From an uncultured bacterium (GTDB lineage: Bacteria > Fidelibacterota > Marinisomatia > Marinisomatales > UBA1611), in contig CAZCHA010000022.1 in assembly GCA_964498175.1 (NCBI GenBank), forward strand, positions 1 to 20,439: DNA of 20,439 bases, in the 5' to 3' direction. The notes under the pieces were generated by a model that saw nothing but the letters and a program-made list of their open reading frames with translations, was not told the DNA's origin and did not search any database. Position numbers and translations under genes: made by a program. Below are positions 1-8,591 of this stretch, in pieces. The stretch's first letter is position 1. The number at the start of each line of letters is the position of its first letter.

Positions 1-8
1 AGTTAATT

Positions 9-2864
9 ATGAAACGTAGTTGGATAGAAACATTTTCAGAATCTTTAGGGATTATCTCGAAGATATCTGACCGTCCTGATTGGTCCGAAGAGTTTGCAAT
101 GGAAGGGCCACGGGAACTTTATAAATATCCTGACCCCAGTGAATGGGATGATTTCACAGAATTAGATGCATTGGCTTGGCCGGAGAAAAAAGAACGGCAT
201 TATTCCATAGTTCCCACCACTTGTTTCAATTGTGAATCGGCTTGCGGTCTCTTGGCTTATGTTGATAAGGATTCCAATGAAGTACGAAAGTTTGAAGGGA
301 ATCCTCACCATCCGGGAAGTCGTGGACGAAATTGCGCTAAAGGCCCTGCTACTATTAATCAAATCAATGATACGGAGCGGATCTTATATCCATTAAAACG
401 TGTTGGCGAACGCGGCGAAGGGAAATGGGAACGTATCACTTGGGATCAAGCCATGGATGAAATTTCGGAAAAGATAGCTGCATCTTTGCGAAAAAGTAAA
501 GAGAAAGTGGTTTATCACGTGGGCCGTCCCGGACATGAAGGTTATGCCGAGCGCGTCCTGAAAGCCTGGGGTGTGGATGGGCACAATTCCCACACCAATA
601 TTTGTTCTGCCGGCGCACGAACCGGTTATGCCCTGTGGCATAAATATGATCGTCCAAGCCCGGATCATACCAATGCCGAAGTGATTTTGTTGGCATCATC
701 GCACTTAGAAACGGGTCATTATTTTAATCCCCATGCCCAACGTATTATGGAAGGCATGATGAAAGGCGCCAAACTTATTGTTATGGATCCGCGCCTATCA
801 AATACGGCATCGATGGCAGATGAATGGATGCCTACTTATCCCGGCAGTGAATCGGCAGTTTATCTGGCCATGGCCAAGATTATTTTAGATGAAGAAATGT
901 ATGATCGCCATTATATGGAAAATTGGTTGAACTGGGATGACTATCTAAAAAAATTACACCCGGATGATCCCATTGAATTTGACCAATTCATCAAGCGATT
1001 GAGCGAAGAATGGGCTGAATACACACCGGAATACGCTGCCAAAGAAGCCCAAATTGAAACGGACCAAATTGTTCGTGTAGCACGTCTGGTTGGAAAAGCA
1101 GGAAGCAAACTCTCCACCCATGTTTGGCGCGGTCCATCCATCGGAAATCTCGGCGGATGGCAAGTATCAAGGACACTTCATTTGTTGAACGTGCTCACTG
1201 GCTCGGTTGGGACAGAAGGTGGAACTTCACCAAGCGCATGGAATAAATTTCATCCAGAATTTTTTGATACGCCACCAGGCCCCGATGCGTGGAATGAATT
1301 ATCTTGGCCCAAAGAATACACATTGTCTCATTATGAAATGAGCCAGATTTTGCCCCATTTGATCAAGGATGGTCGTGGATCAATGGATGTGTATTTCACC
1401 CGTGTGTTCAACCCGGTCTGGACTTATCCTGACGGATTCAGCTGGATTGAAATGTTGTCTGATGCAGAAAAAGTTGGATGCCATATTGCCCTAACACCCA
1501 CATGGAACGAGACCGCTTTTTTTGCCGATTATGTTTTACCCATGGGGCACGCGTCAGAGCGACACGATATTAATTCTTACGAAACACAATCAGGAGTTTG
1601 GATCGCTTTTCGACAGCCGGTGTTACGTGAGAAAGCTCGCCGCGATGGAAAAGAAGTGGAATTCACGTATGAAGTAAATCCTGGGGAAGTGTGGGAAGAA
1701 GATGAATTCTGGATTGAGTTATCCTGGCGCATTGACAAAGATGGCGATTTGGGAATAAGAAAACATTTTATAAGTCCCTATCGCGATGGTGAAAAAATCA
1801 ACATTGACGAATATTATCAATACATTTTCGAACATACGAATGGTTTGCAGGAAGCGGCGGAGAAAGAAGGATTATCTGCGTTAGAATACATGCGAAAGTT
1901 CGGCGCATTTATGGTTGATCCTGAAGTGTATGTGAAAAATGAAGATGCTGTTTCTGATGATTCTATGAATGGTGCCATCGTCCAAGAGAATGGCCAAATT
2001 GAAAAAGATGGTAATGTGGTTGGCATCCAAGTCGATGGGAAGAATTTTGGTGGGTTTCCAACACCATCCAAACGACAAGAAATTTATTCTCAAACCATGG
2101 TGGATTTTGGTTATCCGGAACACGCCACTCCGGGATATCGGATTAAAAGCCATGTGCATCCAGATGAAATGGATAAAAGCAAAAATGAATGTGTTTTATT
2201 ACCAAATTTTAGATTGCCGACGCATATTCATTCCCGATCGGCCAATGCTAAATGGCTCACAGAAATTGCCCATAAAAATCCTATTTGGATTCATACCAAA
2301 GATGCTGAACTGCTTGGGGTGGACAACGGTGATTTACTCAAGATTACCACACCCATTGGTTGGTTCGTGGATAAAGTTTGGGTGACAGAAGCAATAAAGC
2401 CCGGCGTGGTGGCTTGTTCTCACCATATTGGAAGATGGCGCCGCCAACAAGATGCGGGAAATCGTCTAATGACCAATACGGTTGATATTCAAAACTTGGG
2501 TTCTGGTCAATGGAAGATGAAAACGGTGAAAGGTGTTGAACCGTGGAAATCAAAAGATTCAGACACAAATCGTGTTTGGTGGCGCGATGGTGGTGTCCAT
2601 CAAAATATTACCCATGCGGCTAATCCAGATCCAATTTCCGGCGCTCATTGCTGGCTTCAGAAAGTGAGTATAACTGTGCCAGAACCGGGTGAGAAATATG
2701 GCGACGTTTATGTAGATACGAATAAGTCATTTGAACATTTTAAAAAGTGGAACGCATGGGCAATAGATCGTGAAACACATCCGGATGGTTTACGAAGACC
2801 ACTGTGGATGGCGCGACCTTTAACGCCACAAAAAAACCAATTTTATATTAATAAAGAAGAATAA
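9..2864 (+). CDS. Molybdopterin (bis-MGD) oxidoreductase catalytic subunit, MopB superfamily (Psr/Phs/Ttr/Arr-like branch); apparently cytoplasmic
   Basis: 951-aa ORF. N-terminal [4Fe-4S] motif C72-x2-C75-x3-C79 ... C109 (TTCFNCESACG ... RNCAKG). Candidate Mo/W-ligand Cys199 lies in HTNICSAG (tgt at 603-605). DPISG motif of the C-terminal barrel domain is present. No twin-arginine signal in the first 60 residues. Confidence 0.85.
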   Translation: MKRSWIETFSESLGIISKISDRPDWSEEFAMEGPRELYKYPDPSEWDDFTELDALAWPEKKERHYSIVPTTCFNCESACGLLAYVDKDSNEVRKFEGNPHHPGSRGRNCAKGPATINQINDTERILYPLKRVGERGEGKWERITWDQAMDEISEKIAASLRKSKEKVVYHVGRPGHEGYAERVLKAWGVDGHNSHTNICSAGARTGYALWHKYDRPSPDHTNAEVILLASSHLETGHYFNPHAQRIMEGMMKGAKLIVMDPRLSNTASMADEWMPTYPGSESAVYLAMAKIILDEEMYDRHYMENWLNWDDYLKKLHPDDPIEFDQFIKRLSEEWAEYTPEYAAKEAQIETDQIVRVARLVGKAGSKLSTHVWRGPSIGNLGGWQVSRTLHLLNVLTGSVGTEGGTSPSAWNKFHPEFFDTPPGPDAWNELSWPKEYTLSHYEMSQILPHLIKDGRGSMDVYFTRVFNPVWTYPDGFSWIEMLSDAEKVGCHIALTPTWNETAFFADYVLPMGHASERHDINSYETQSGVWIAFRQPVLREKARRDGKEVEFTYEVNPGEVWEEDEFWIELSWRIDKDGDLGIRKHFISPYRDGEKINIDEYYQYIFEHTNGLQEAAEKEGLSALEYMRKFGAFMVDPEVYVKNEDAVSDDSMNGAIVQENGQIEKDGNVVGIQVDGKNFGGFPTPSKRQEIYSQTMVDFGYPEHATPGYRIKSHVHPDEMDKSKNECVLLPNFRLPTHIHSRSANAKWLTEIAHKNPIWIHTKDAELLGVDNGDLLKITTPIGWFVDKVWVTEAIKPGVVACSHHIGRWRRQQDAGNRLMTNTVDIQNLGSGQWKMKTVKGVEPWKSKDSDTNRVWWRDGGVHQNITHAANPDPISGAHCWLQKVSITVPEPGEKYGDVYVDTNKSFEHFKKWNAWAIDRETHPDGLRRPLWMARPLTPQKNQFYINKEE

Positions 2865-2996
2865 ATTGTCTTAATTCTTTTAGCTGAATTACCTACGTTT
2901 GATTTAATCAAGTAAGGTATTAGGCCGGTACGGTCTTAACGGAAACGTCGAGATTTGCTCCCGATTTCCCCCGATTCATCAGGGGAATGACTTGGA
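2865..2996 (+). promoter_or_regulatory. Structured 132-nt leader of moaA; SD-sequestering hairpin; possible Moco riboswitch (unverified)
   Basis: Hairpin ttcccc(2966-2971)/ggggaa(2982-2987) pairs the purine-rich AGGGGA, which lies 10 nt upstream of ATG 2997. Mini-hairpin acg-GAAA-cgt at 2939-2948 (GNRA loop). Direct repeat cccgatt x2 at 2960-2976. Location upstream of moaA is the classic Moco-motif context. Confidence 0.3.
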
Positions 2997-4043
2997 ATGA
3001 GAATGAAAGAAAATATAATTACATCCACCCCATTTAGTGGCGTGCTGGATCAATCCATTGCACCCATCATTGACCGATTCGGTCGAACTTTTAATTATTT
3101 ACGCCTTGCCTTAAATGAACAATGCAACCTTCGCTGTATTTATTGTATGCCGGAAGAAGGTATTGATTTTCGAAGCAAAGATAAACTCCTAACTACAGAA
3201 GAAATATTAAAACTTATTGATTTAACATCCCAAATGGGTGTATCAAAAATCCGGTTTACTGGTGGTGAACCGTTACTTCGAAAAGATTTATTGAAACTCG
3301 TTCAATTTGCAAAAGAAACTGCAGGTATTGAGTCAGTTCATTTAACGACAAACGGATTGTTACTCTCTAAACACATTCAAGAATTGGAAAGAGCGGGTTT
3401 GTCAGGAATAAATATTAGTCTGGATACATTGAATCCGGATAAATTTAAAATAATCACTCGACGAGATGGTTTAGGTATGGTTTTAAATAGCCTCAATAAA
3501 GTGATGCAATCATCCATTCAATCCATCAAACTGAACGTGGTCGCCATGCGTGCTTTTAATGATGATGAACTCATGGATTTTGTGAGATTGACAAAAGAAA
3601 ATAATATTACTGTTCGCTTTATTGAATTGATGCCTTTCGATTCTCATCAGATTTGGAAGACGGGTAAATTTTATGGTGCAGATCATATTGTGTCCGATAT
3701 ACAAAACCAGGTTGATGAATTGAAACCAATCGACGGTTCTCGAACAGAACACCATGTATTTCAGGTGAATGATTATAAGGGTAAAGTGGCAGTCATTCCA
3801 GCTTATTCGCGCAATTTGTGTGGTGCATGTAATCGCATCAGAATTACGGCGGATGGAAAATTGTTGAACTGTCTTTATAGCCAAAAAGAAACAAATCTTC
3901 GAGATGCAATGCGGAAAGGAAAATCTGATATGGAAATTGGGAAAATAATTCGCAGTGCCATGAAGAATAAATTTAAAGATGGTTGGGCAGCTCAGAAGCA
4001 GGGCAGTGACAACCGGGAATCCATGACCCAAATAGGGGGCTAA
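2997..4043 (+). CDS. moaA: GTP 3',8-cyclase MoaA (radical SAM)
   Basis: Radical-SAM motif CNLRCIYC (C-x3-C-x2-C) near the N-terminus. Second cluster motif CGACNRIRITADG. Ends in Gly-Gly (QIGG). An alternative ATG lies at 3003. Confidence 0.9.
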   Translation: MRMKENIITSTPFSGVLDQSIAPIIDRFGRTFNYLRLALNEQCNLRCIYCMPEEGIDFRSKDKLLTTEEILKLIDLTSQMGVSKIRFTGGEPLLRKDLLKLVQFAKETAGIESVHLTTNGLLLSKHIQELERAGLSGINISLDTLNPDKFKIITRRDGLGMVLNSLNKVMQSSIQSIKLNVVAMRAFNDDELMDFVRLTKENNITVRFIELMPFDSHQIWKTGKFYGADHIVSDIQNQVDELKPIDGSRTEHHVFQVNDYKGKVAVIPAYSRNLCGACNRIRITADGKLLNCLYSQKETNLRDAMRKGKSDMEIGKIIRSAMKNKFKDGWAAQKQGSDNRESMTQIGG

Positions 4044-4044
4044 T

Positions 4045-4986
4045 ATGAATAATTTTTCACATTTAGATAAAAAAGGGAATGTCAAAATGGTGGATGTAAC
4101 CGATAAAGTTGTGACTGTTAGGATAGCAAAAGCAGAAGGAAAAATATCCATGCTTCCGGAAACCATTTTAACCATTCAGAATGATGCACTTCCCAAGGGG
4201 AATGTGCTAACCACAGCTAAAATTTCTGGAATTCAATCTGCGAAAAAAACGGCAGAAATGATTCCCATGTGCCATCAATTGAATCTGTCATATGTTGATA
4301 TTGAATTTGAGTTTGAGTCGGATGCTATTTGTATTCGATCCATTGTTAAAACCAAAGAAGCGACAGGGGTAGAAATGGAAGCTTTATCTGCTGTATCTGG
4401 AGCAGCAATCACCATTTATGATATGTGTAAATCGGTAGATAAAAGTATGATCATTGGTGAAATAAAATTGGTAAAGAAAGTCGGGGGTAAGTCGGACAAT
4501 GCGGTTGAATATCGGCCCAATGTAGGTGTGATTACATTAAGTGATAGTATTTCATCTGGTCAAGGGGAAGATAAATCCGGACCTATCTTAATTGATGGTT
4601 TTTCTGATGCAGGTTGCGTTGTGAATCATCATGAAACATTTCCAGACGGTTCTGAAAAATTAATTCCCACCATTCAAAATTGGGTAAAAGATGGTGTTGA
4701 ATTAATCATAACCACGGGCGGAACTGGATTAGGCCCCAGAGACTTAACCATTGAAACCATGGAAAAAATCTTTCATTCAAAGTTGCCTGGTGTGGAACAA
4801 GCGCTTCACGCATATGGGCGGGGCAAAGTCAAAACAGCCATATTATCAAGACTGACGGCTGGCGTATTTAATGGATCCATTATTATTTGCTTACCTGGTA
4901 GTATGGGTGCTGCAAAAGACGCTTTGAACGTTTTGGTTCCGACAATATTCCATTCGTTTCATATGATGATGGGTGAAAAACATTAA
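4045..4986 (+). CDS. moaC: Bifunctional MoaC (cyclic pyranopterin monophosphate synthase) / MoaB-MogA-type molybdopterin adenylyltransferase-like fusion
   Basis: The N-terminal half has MoaC-like sequence (MVDVTDK..., IPMCHQL, MEALSAV). The C-terminal half has the MogA/MoaB signature TTGGTGLGPRD and LPGSMGA. SD aggggg at 4034-4039. Starts 1 nt after the moaA stop. Confidence 0.85.
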   Translation: MNNFSHLDKKGNVKMVDVTDKVVTVRIAKAEGKISMLPETILTIQNDALPKGNVLTTAKISGIQSAKKTAEMIPMCHQLNLSYVDIEFEFESDAICIRSIVKTKEATGVEMEALSAVSGAAITIYDMCKSVDKSMIIGEIKLVKKVGGKSDNAVEYRPNVGVITLSDSISSGQGEDKSGPILIDGFSDAGCVVNHHETFPDGSEKLIPTIQNWVKDGVELIITTGGTGLGPRDLTIETMEKIFHSKLPGVEQALHAYGRGKVKTAILSRLTAGVFNGSIIICLPGSMGAAKDALNVLVPTIFHSFHMMMGEKH

Positions 4987-5723
4987 TGGATTATTTACTG
5001 CCATTTCTTTTTTTGTTGATTGCCTTTATCTATTCCAGTGTTGGGTTAGGTGGTGGATCATCCTATACAGCACTCATGGCAATTATTGGAATCAGTTACC
5101 AAATTATCCCTACTACGTCGCTTACTTTGAACCTGATTGTAACATTTATTGGTATGATTCATTTTTGGAAAAATGGGCACAGTCGACTCAATTTAATTAT
5201 TCCATTTTTGGTAACATCTATTCCAATGGCCTACTTTGCTGGTAGCCAAGAATTACCTGAAAGGATATTTAACATATTCTTATTGATTACACTTATTTTT
5301 GTTGTAATACGGATTTACCTTATAGATGATTTAAAAATATCTATTCAATTGACTGGCATTCAAAAATGGATCTTTATTTTTAGTTTAGGCGGCGTCTTAG
5401 GATTTATCGCAGGTGCAGTTGGCATTGGGGGTGGTATTTATCTTGTACCGCTTATTATCATGTTTGGCCTTGGGACGGAAAAGGAAGCAGCTGCATCCGG
5501 TGCTATGTTCATTTGGGTGAATTCACTTGTGGGCGTTATTGCTCGAGCTCAAATAGGCACATTTGATCTACAATTTATTTTACCATTGGCGATTGCAGTT
5601 CTAATCGGTGGATTTGGCGGCTCCTATTTTGGTGCAGTACAGTTTGAACCGAAAACAATTCAGAAGGTCATGGGTAGTGTTATTTTCATTGCTATCATGT
5701 TCTTAATAAAAGGACTGTTATGA
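4986..5723 (+). CDS. TauE/SafE (TSUP, DUF81) family anion permease
   Basis: 245-aa polytopic membrane protein. It has the two-repeat glycine motifs VGLGGGSSYT and AVGIGGGIYLVP typical of TSUP. TAATG overlap with moaC-B and ATGA overlap with moeA. Confidence 0.8.
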   Translation: MDYLLPFLFLLIAFIYSSVGLGGGSSYTALMAIIGISYQIIPTTSLTLNLIVTFIGMIHFWKNGHSRLNLIIPFLVTSIPMAYFAGSQELPERIFNIFLLITLIFVVIRIYLIDDLKISIQLTGIQKWIFIFSLGGVLGFIAGAVGIGGGIYLVPLIIMFGLGTEKEAAASGAMFIWVNSLVGVIARAQIGTFDLQFILPLAIAVLIGGFGGSYFGAVQFEPKTIQKVMGSVIFIAIMFLIKGLL

Positions 5724-6943
5724 TATCTCTTCAAGAAGCAAAGTCCATTATCAATAATAACACATTTGAATTACAATCTGAACGAGTACACCTAACTCTA
5801 GCTGGGAATCGTGTTTTAGGGCAAGATGTAGTGGCGTCTTTCCCATCTCCACAATTTGATAATTCTGCCATGGATGGGTTTGCGGTTCGGTCTAGAGATA
5901 CAAAAGGTGCCAGCCCAGAAAATCCGGTTACATTAACAATGGTCAGTATCAGCTCGGCAGGGACACCAAGTAATGTTGGTTTAAATCCTGGTGAATGTAT
6001 CCAATGCATGACTGGGGCAAAAATCCCTGATGGGGCTGATGCAATTATTATGGTGGAAAACAGTAGTGGGTTTTCCGATTCAGGTACAGTCCAAATTATG
6101 ATTGAAACATTCCCGGGAAAACATATCCGAAAAATGGGCGAAGAGATCAAAGAAGGAGAAATTCTGATTCAAAAAGGGACGACTGCAACACCCAGTGAAA
6201 TAGGGACCTGCGCCACATTTGGATATGGGGAAATAGTAGTCTCTAAAAAGCCAAAGATTGCCATTTTTGGAACGGGAGATGAGTTGATTGAGCCGGGCAA
6301 AGATTTAGGCGAAGGGCAAATATATAATTCGAATTTATATGTTTTTAAAGAATTGGTAGATAGAGCCGGCGGTGAAGTTGTTATGCAAGATGTGATCAAA
6401 GATGATAAAGATTCTTTGAGAGAATTTTTATCTAGTGCATTGGAAACTTGTGATGTGATTATTTCTTCAGGTGGCGTTTCAATGGGGCGATATGATTATG
6501 TCCGAGACGTTTTTATTGAATTGGGTGTGCTAGAACATTTTTGGAAGGTGGCTCAGAAGCCAGGGAAACCACTCTTTTTTGGAACAGGAAATTCTACATT
6601 AATTTTTGGATTACCGGGAAATCCAGTATCATCTTATATTGGATTCATGGAATGGGTATGGCCTGTGCTTGAAACTATGATGGGCAAGAAGGAATCCAAA
6701 AAAGTAACAGGAATATTGAAAAAACCATTCCCGAGAGAAAAAGTGAAATATCGATTTTTATTTGGAGATGCATGGATTGAGAATGGTCAATTGGTATGTC
6801 AACCATCCACAAAGCTTGGATCTCATATGCTGTCATCATCTTTACAGGCTAATTGTATCCTTGGAACGAAGCCGGGGGATAATCTGTTGCAACCGGGTGC
6901 ACCAATTGAAGTGAATATGCTGCCTTGGAAGTTCATTAAATGA
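5720..6943 (+). CDS. moeA: Molybdopterin molybdenumtransferase MoeA
   Basis: 407 aa. MoeA-like features: NSAMDGFAV, SGGVSMGRYD, GLPGNPVSS. ATGA overlaps at both ends. Confidence 0.9.
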   Translation: MISLQEAKSIINNNTFELQSERVHLTLAGNRVLGQDVVASFPSPQFDNSAMDGFAVRSRDTKGASPENPVTLTMVSISSAGTPSNVGLNPGECIQCMTGAKIPDGADAIIMVENSSGFSDSGTVQIMIETFPGKHIRKMGEEIKEGEILIQKGTTATPSEIGTCATFGYGEIVVSKKPKIAIFGTGDELIEPGKDLGEGQIYNSNLYVFKELVDRAGGEVVMQDVIKDDKDSLREFLSSALETCDVIISSGGVSMGRYDYVRDVFIELGVLEHFWKVAQKPGKPLFFGTGNSTLIFGLPGNPVSSYIGFMEWVWPVLETMMGKKESKKVTGILKKPFPREKVKYRFLFGDAWIENGQLVCQPSTKLGSHMLSSSLQANCILGTKPGDNLLQPGAPIEVNMLPWKFIK

Positions 6944-7905
6944 TTTTAACACCCAAAGAACTTCATAAACGCAAAGACGAATTCACTGTAGTAGATGTTC
7001 GTTCAGAAAAACAGATAAATGAATTTCCAATGGATGGTCTAGAAACCATTACTTCTAACGGTGGATCTATTCCAAACATGAAAGGATCTAAAGTGCTGGT
7101 TTGCCAATTTGGTATTGTAACAGAAGGAATGATAATAGAGAATGAATTAGATGATACTTTTAGTTTATTGGGCGGCGCACAGGCCTGGATTGAATTTCAA
7201 ACTAAAAAGAAAGATCTGAGCCGATGGTCCCGTCAAACAATTTTGCCCGAAATAGGAATGGATGGTCAGAAAAAACTATTGAACGCAACTGTAGCTATTG
7301 TTGGCATGGGTGGACTGGGATGCCCCGCTGCACAATCGCTTATAACTGCTGGTGTAGGAAAATTGATATTGATAGATGGGGACATTGTAGAACTTTCTAA
7401 TCTTCATCGACAACCTTTGTATGGGGCAGACGATCTTAACAGGTTAAAGGTTGAAGTAGCCAAAGAAAGATTAGAACAATTAAATAACAAGGCAGTCATT
7501 GTACCCATTGATAATTATTTTAACGAAGAAAATGGTATGAATTTTATTCAAGATGCTAATGTGATAATTGATGCTACTGACAATATCCAAGCTCGCCAAT
7601 TGATTGATAAATTTTCAAAAGAAGCGAATGTCCCCATGGTTTATGGCGGCTTATTTCGTTACGAAGGGCAGGTAGCTATTTTAAATGTAAATGGAAGTTC
7701 AGGGTATTGTGAATTATTTCCCGAATCGCCATCTGGTGGGGATACCTGCGCTGATGCCGGAGTATTGGGCATGGTTCCAGGAATTATCGGCAATATCCAA
7801 GCGCTTGAAGCTGTAAAACTTATTGTTGGTATAACACCAAATCTGGTTGGGAAATTACTGGTTTATGATGGAATGAGCCATATTACACAAATAATCGAAT
7901 TATGA
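6940..7905 (+). CDS. moeB: Rhodanese-domain / MoeB-ThiF-type MoaD adenylyltransferase fusion (rhodanese at the N-terminus)
   Basis: Residues 1-~95 are rhodanese-like, with loop Cys55 (VLVCQFGIVT, tgc 7102-7104). The remainder is the E1-like fold: RQTILPEIG, nucleotide loop GMGGLGCPAAQ, LHRQ, and conserved DTCADAGVLG. Neither CxxC zinc pair of E. coli MoeB is present. Confidence 0.8.
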   Translation: MILTPKELHKRKDEFTVVDVRSEKQINEFPMDGLETITSNGGSIPNMKGSKVLVCQFGIVTEGMIIENELDDTFSLLGGAQAWIEFQTKKKDLSRWSRQTILPEIGMDGQKKLLNATVAIVGMGGLGCPAAQSLITAGVGKLILIDGDIVELSNLHRQPLYGADDLNRLKVEVAKERLEQLNNKAVIVPIDNYFNEENGMNFIQDANVIIDATDNIQARQLIDKFSKEANVPMVYGGLFRYEGQVAILNVNGSSGYCELFPESPSGGDTCADAGVLGMVPGIIGNIQALEAVKLIVGITPNLVGKLLVYDGMSHITQIIEL

Positions 7906-8147
7906 TAAAAATAAAAGTAAAATGTTTTTCCCAAGTAAAATATGCCTTGGGAATAGATAATTTAAACTTGGAATTTGAATCTGGGACAAGCACATTTCAA
8001 TTGGAAAAATTCATTAGAGGAAAAGCCAATGGGAAATTAGATGGAATTTCCTTGAGAATTGCTCTAAATCAGAAATATGTTCCTGATGAAACTGAATTAC
8101 AAGATGGTGATGAAGTGGCATTCATCCCGCCAGTACAGGGTGGATAG
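7902..8147 (+). CDS. moaD: Molybdopterin synthase sulfur-carrier subunit MoaD
   Basis: 81 aa, ubiquitin-like size. C-terminal FIPPVQGG ends in Gly-Gly. ATGA overlap with moeB, and moaE follows directly. Confidence 0.8.
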   Translation: MIKIKVKCFSQVKYALGIDNLNLEFESGTSTFQLEKFIRGKANGKLDGISLRIALNQKYVPDETELQDGDEVAFIPPVQGG

Positions 8148-8561
8148 ATGGTTATTGTAGAAATTGTTAATGGGCCCATTGAGCCATTTCCATCCAATGA
8201 TGATCGAAATCAGGATGGGGCAGAATTGACCTTTAATGGACGGGTTCGGGATACTGAACATGGCAAGAAAATCGTAGCATTAGAATACGAACATTACGAA
8301 GGTATGGCCGAAGCGGAACTCACTACTCTTGCGGAAAAAACGTGTAAAAAATATCCCATCAATGATTTGTTTTGTAAACATCGAATGGGAAAAGTGGAGA
8401 TTGGGGAAACGAGTTTACATGTATCCATTTGGTCAAAACATAGAAAAGAAGCAATTGAAGCCATGGATTGTTTCATTTTCGAACTGAAAAAACGGGTTCC
8501 CATTTGGAAATGGGCCATACTGGCTGATGGGACAAAAGTCCCCAGTGAGTGTACGCACTGA
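8148..8561 (+). CDS. moaE: Molybdopterin synthase catalytic subunit MoaE
   Basis: 137 aa. MoaE-like GAELTFNGRVRD, HRMGKVEIGETS, PIWKW. ATG immediately follows the moaD TAG. Confidence 0.85.
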   Translation: MVIVEIVNGPIEPFPSNDDRNQDGAELTFNGRVRDTEHGKKIVALEYEHYEGMAEAELTTLAEKTCKKYPINDLFCKHRMGKVEIGETSLHVSIWSKHRKEAIEAMDCFIFELKKRVPIWKWAILADGTKVPSECTH

Positions 8562-8591
8562 CGAATAATCCTTACTAAATTGCCATCCTAA

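Noticed and set aside
1969-2385. 138-aa plus-strand ORF in an alternative frame inside the MopB gene
   Set aside because: It is fully nested in the 951-aa MopB reading frame, whose conserved motifs continue through this region. It has no SD and a low-complexity basic sequence.
9-2864. Selenocysteine or a Tat signal in the MopB enzyme
   Set aside because: The frame has no in-frame TGA, and the ligand position is a normal TGT Cys codon (603-605). There is no RR motif or hydrophobic h-region at the N-terminus.
3510-4175. 221-aa ORF on the minus strand, antisense to moaA and the start of moaC-B
   Set aside because: It lies entirely within two well-supported plus-strand genes. I see no SD and no recognisable motifs, and its composition (F, I, K, N-rich with many Cys from antisense codons) is typical of shadow ORFs in AT-rich DNA.
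4973-5245. 90-aa plus-strand ORF overlapping the start of the TSUP gene in another frame
   Set aside because: The TSUP frame carries the diagnostic GLGGG motif and continues for 245 aa. The alternative frame has no support.
5731-6150. 139-aa minus-strand ORF antisense to moeA
   Set aside because: It is a shadow ORF inside a confidently identified gene and has no independent signals.
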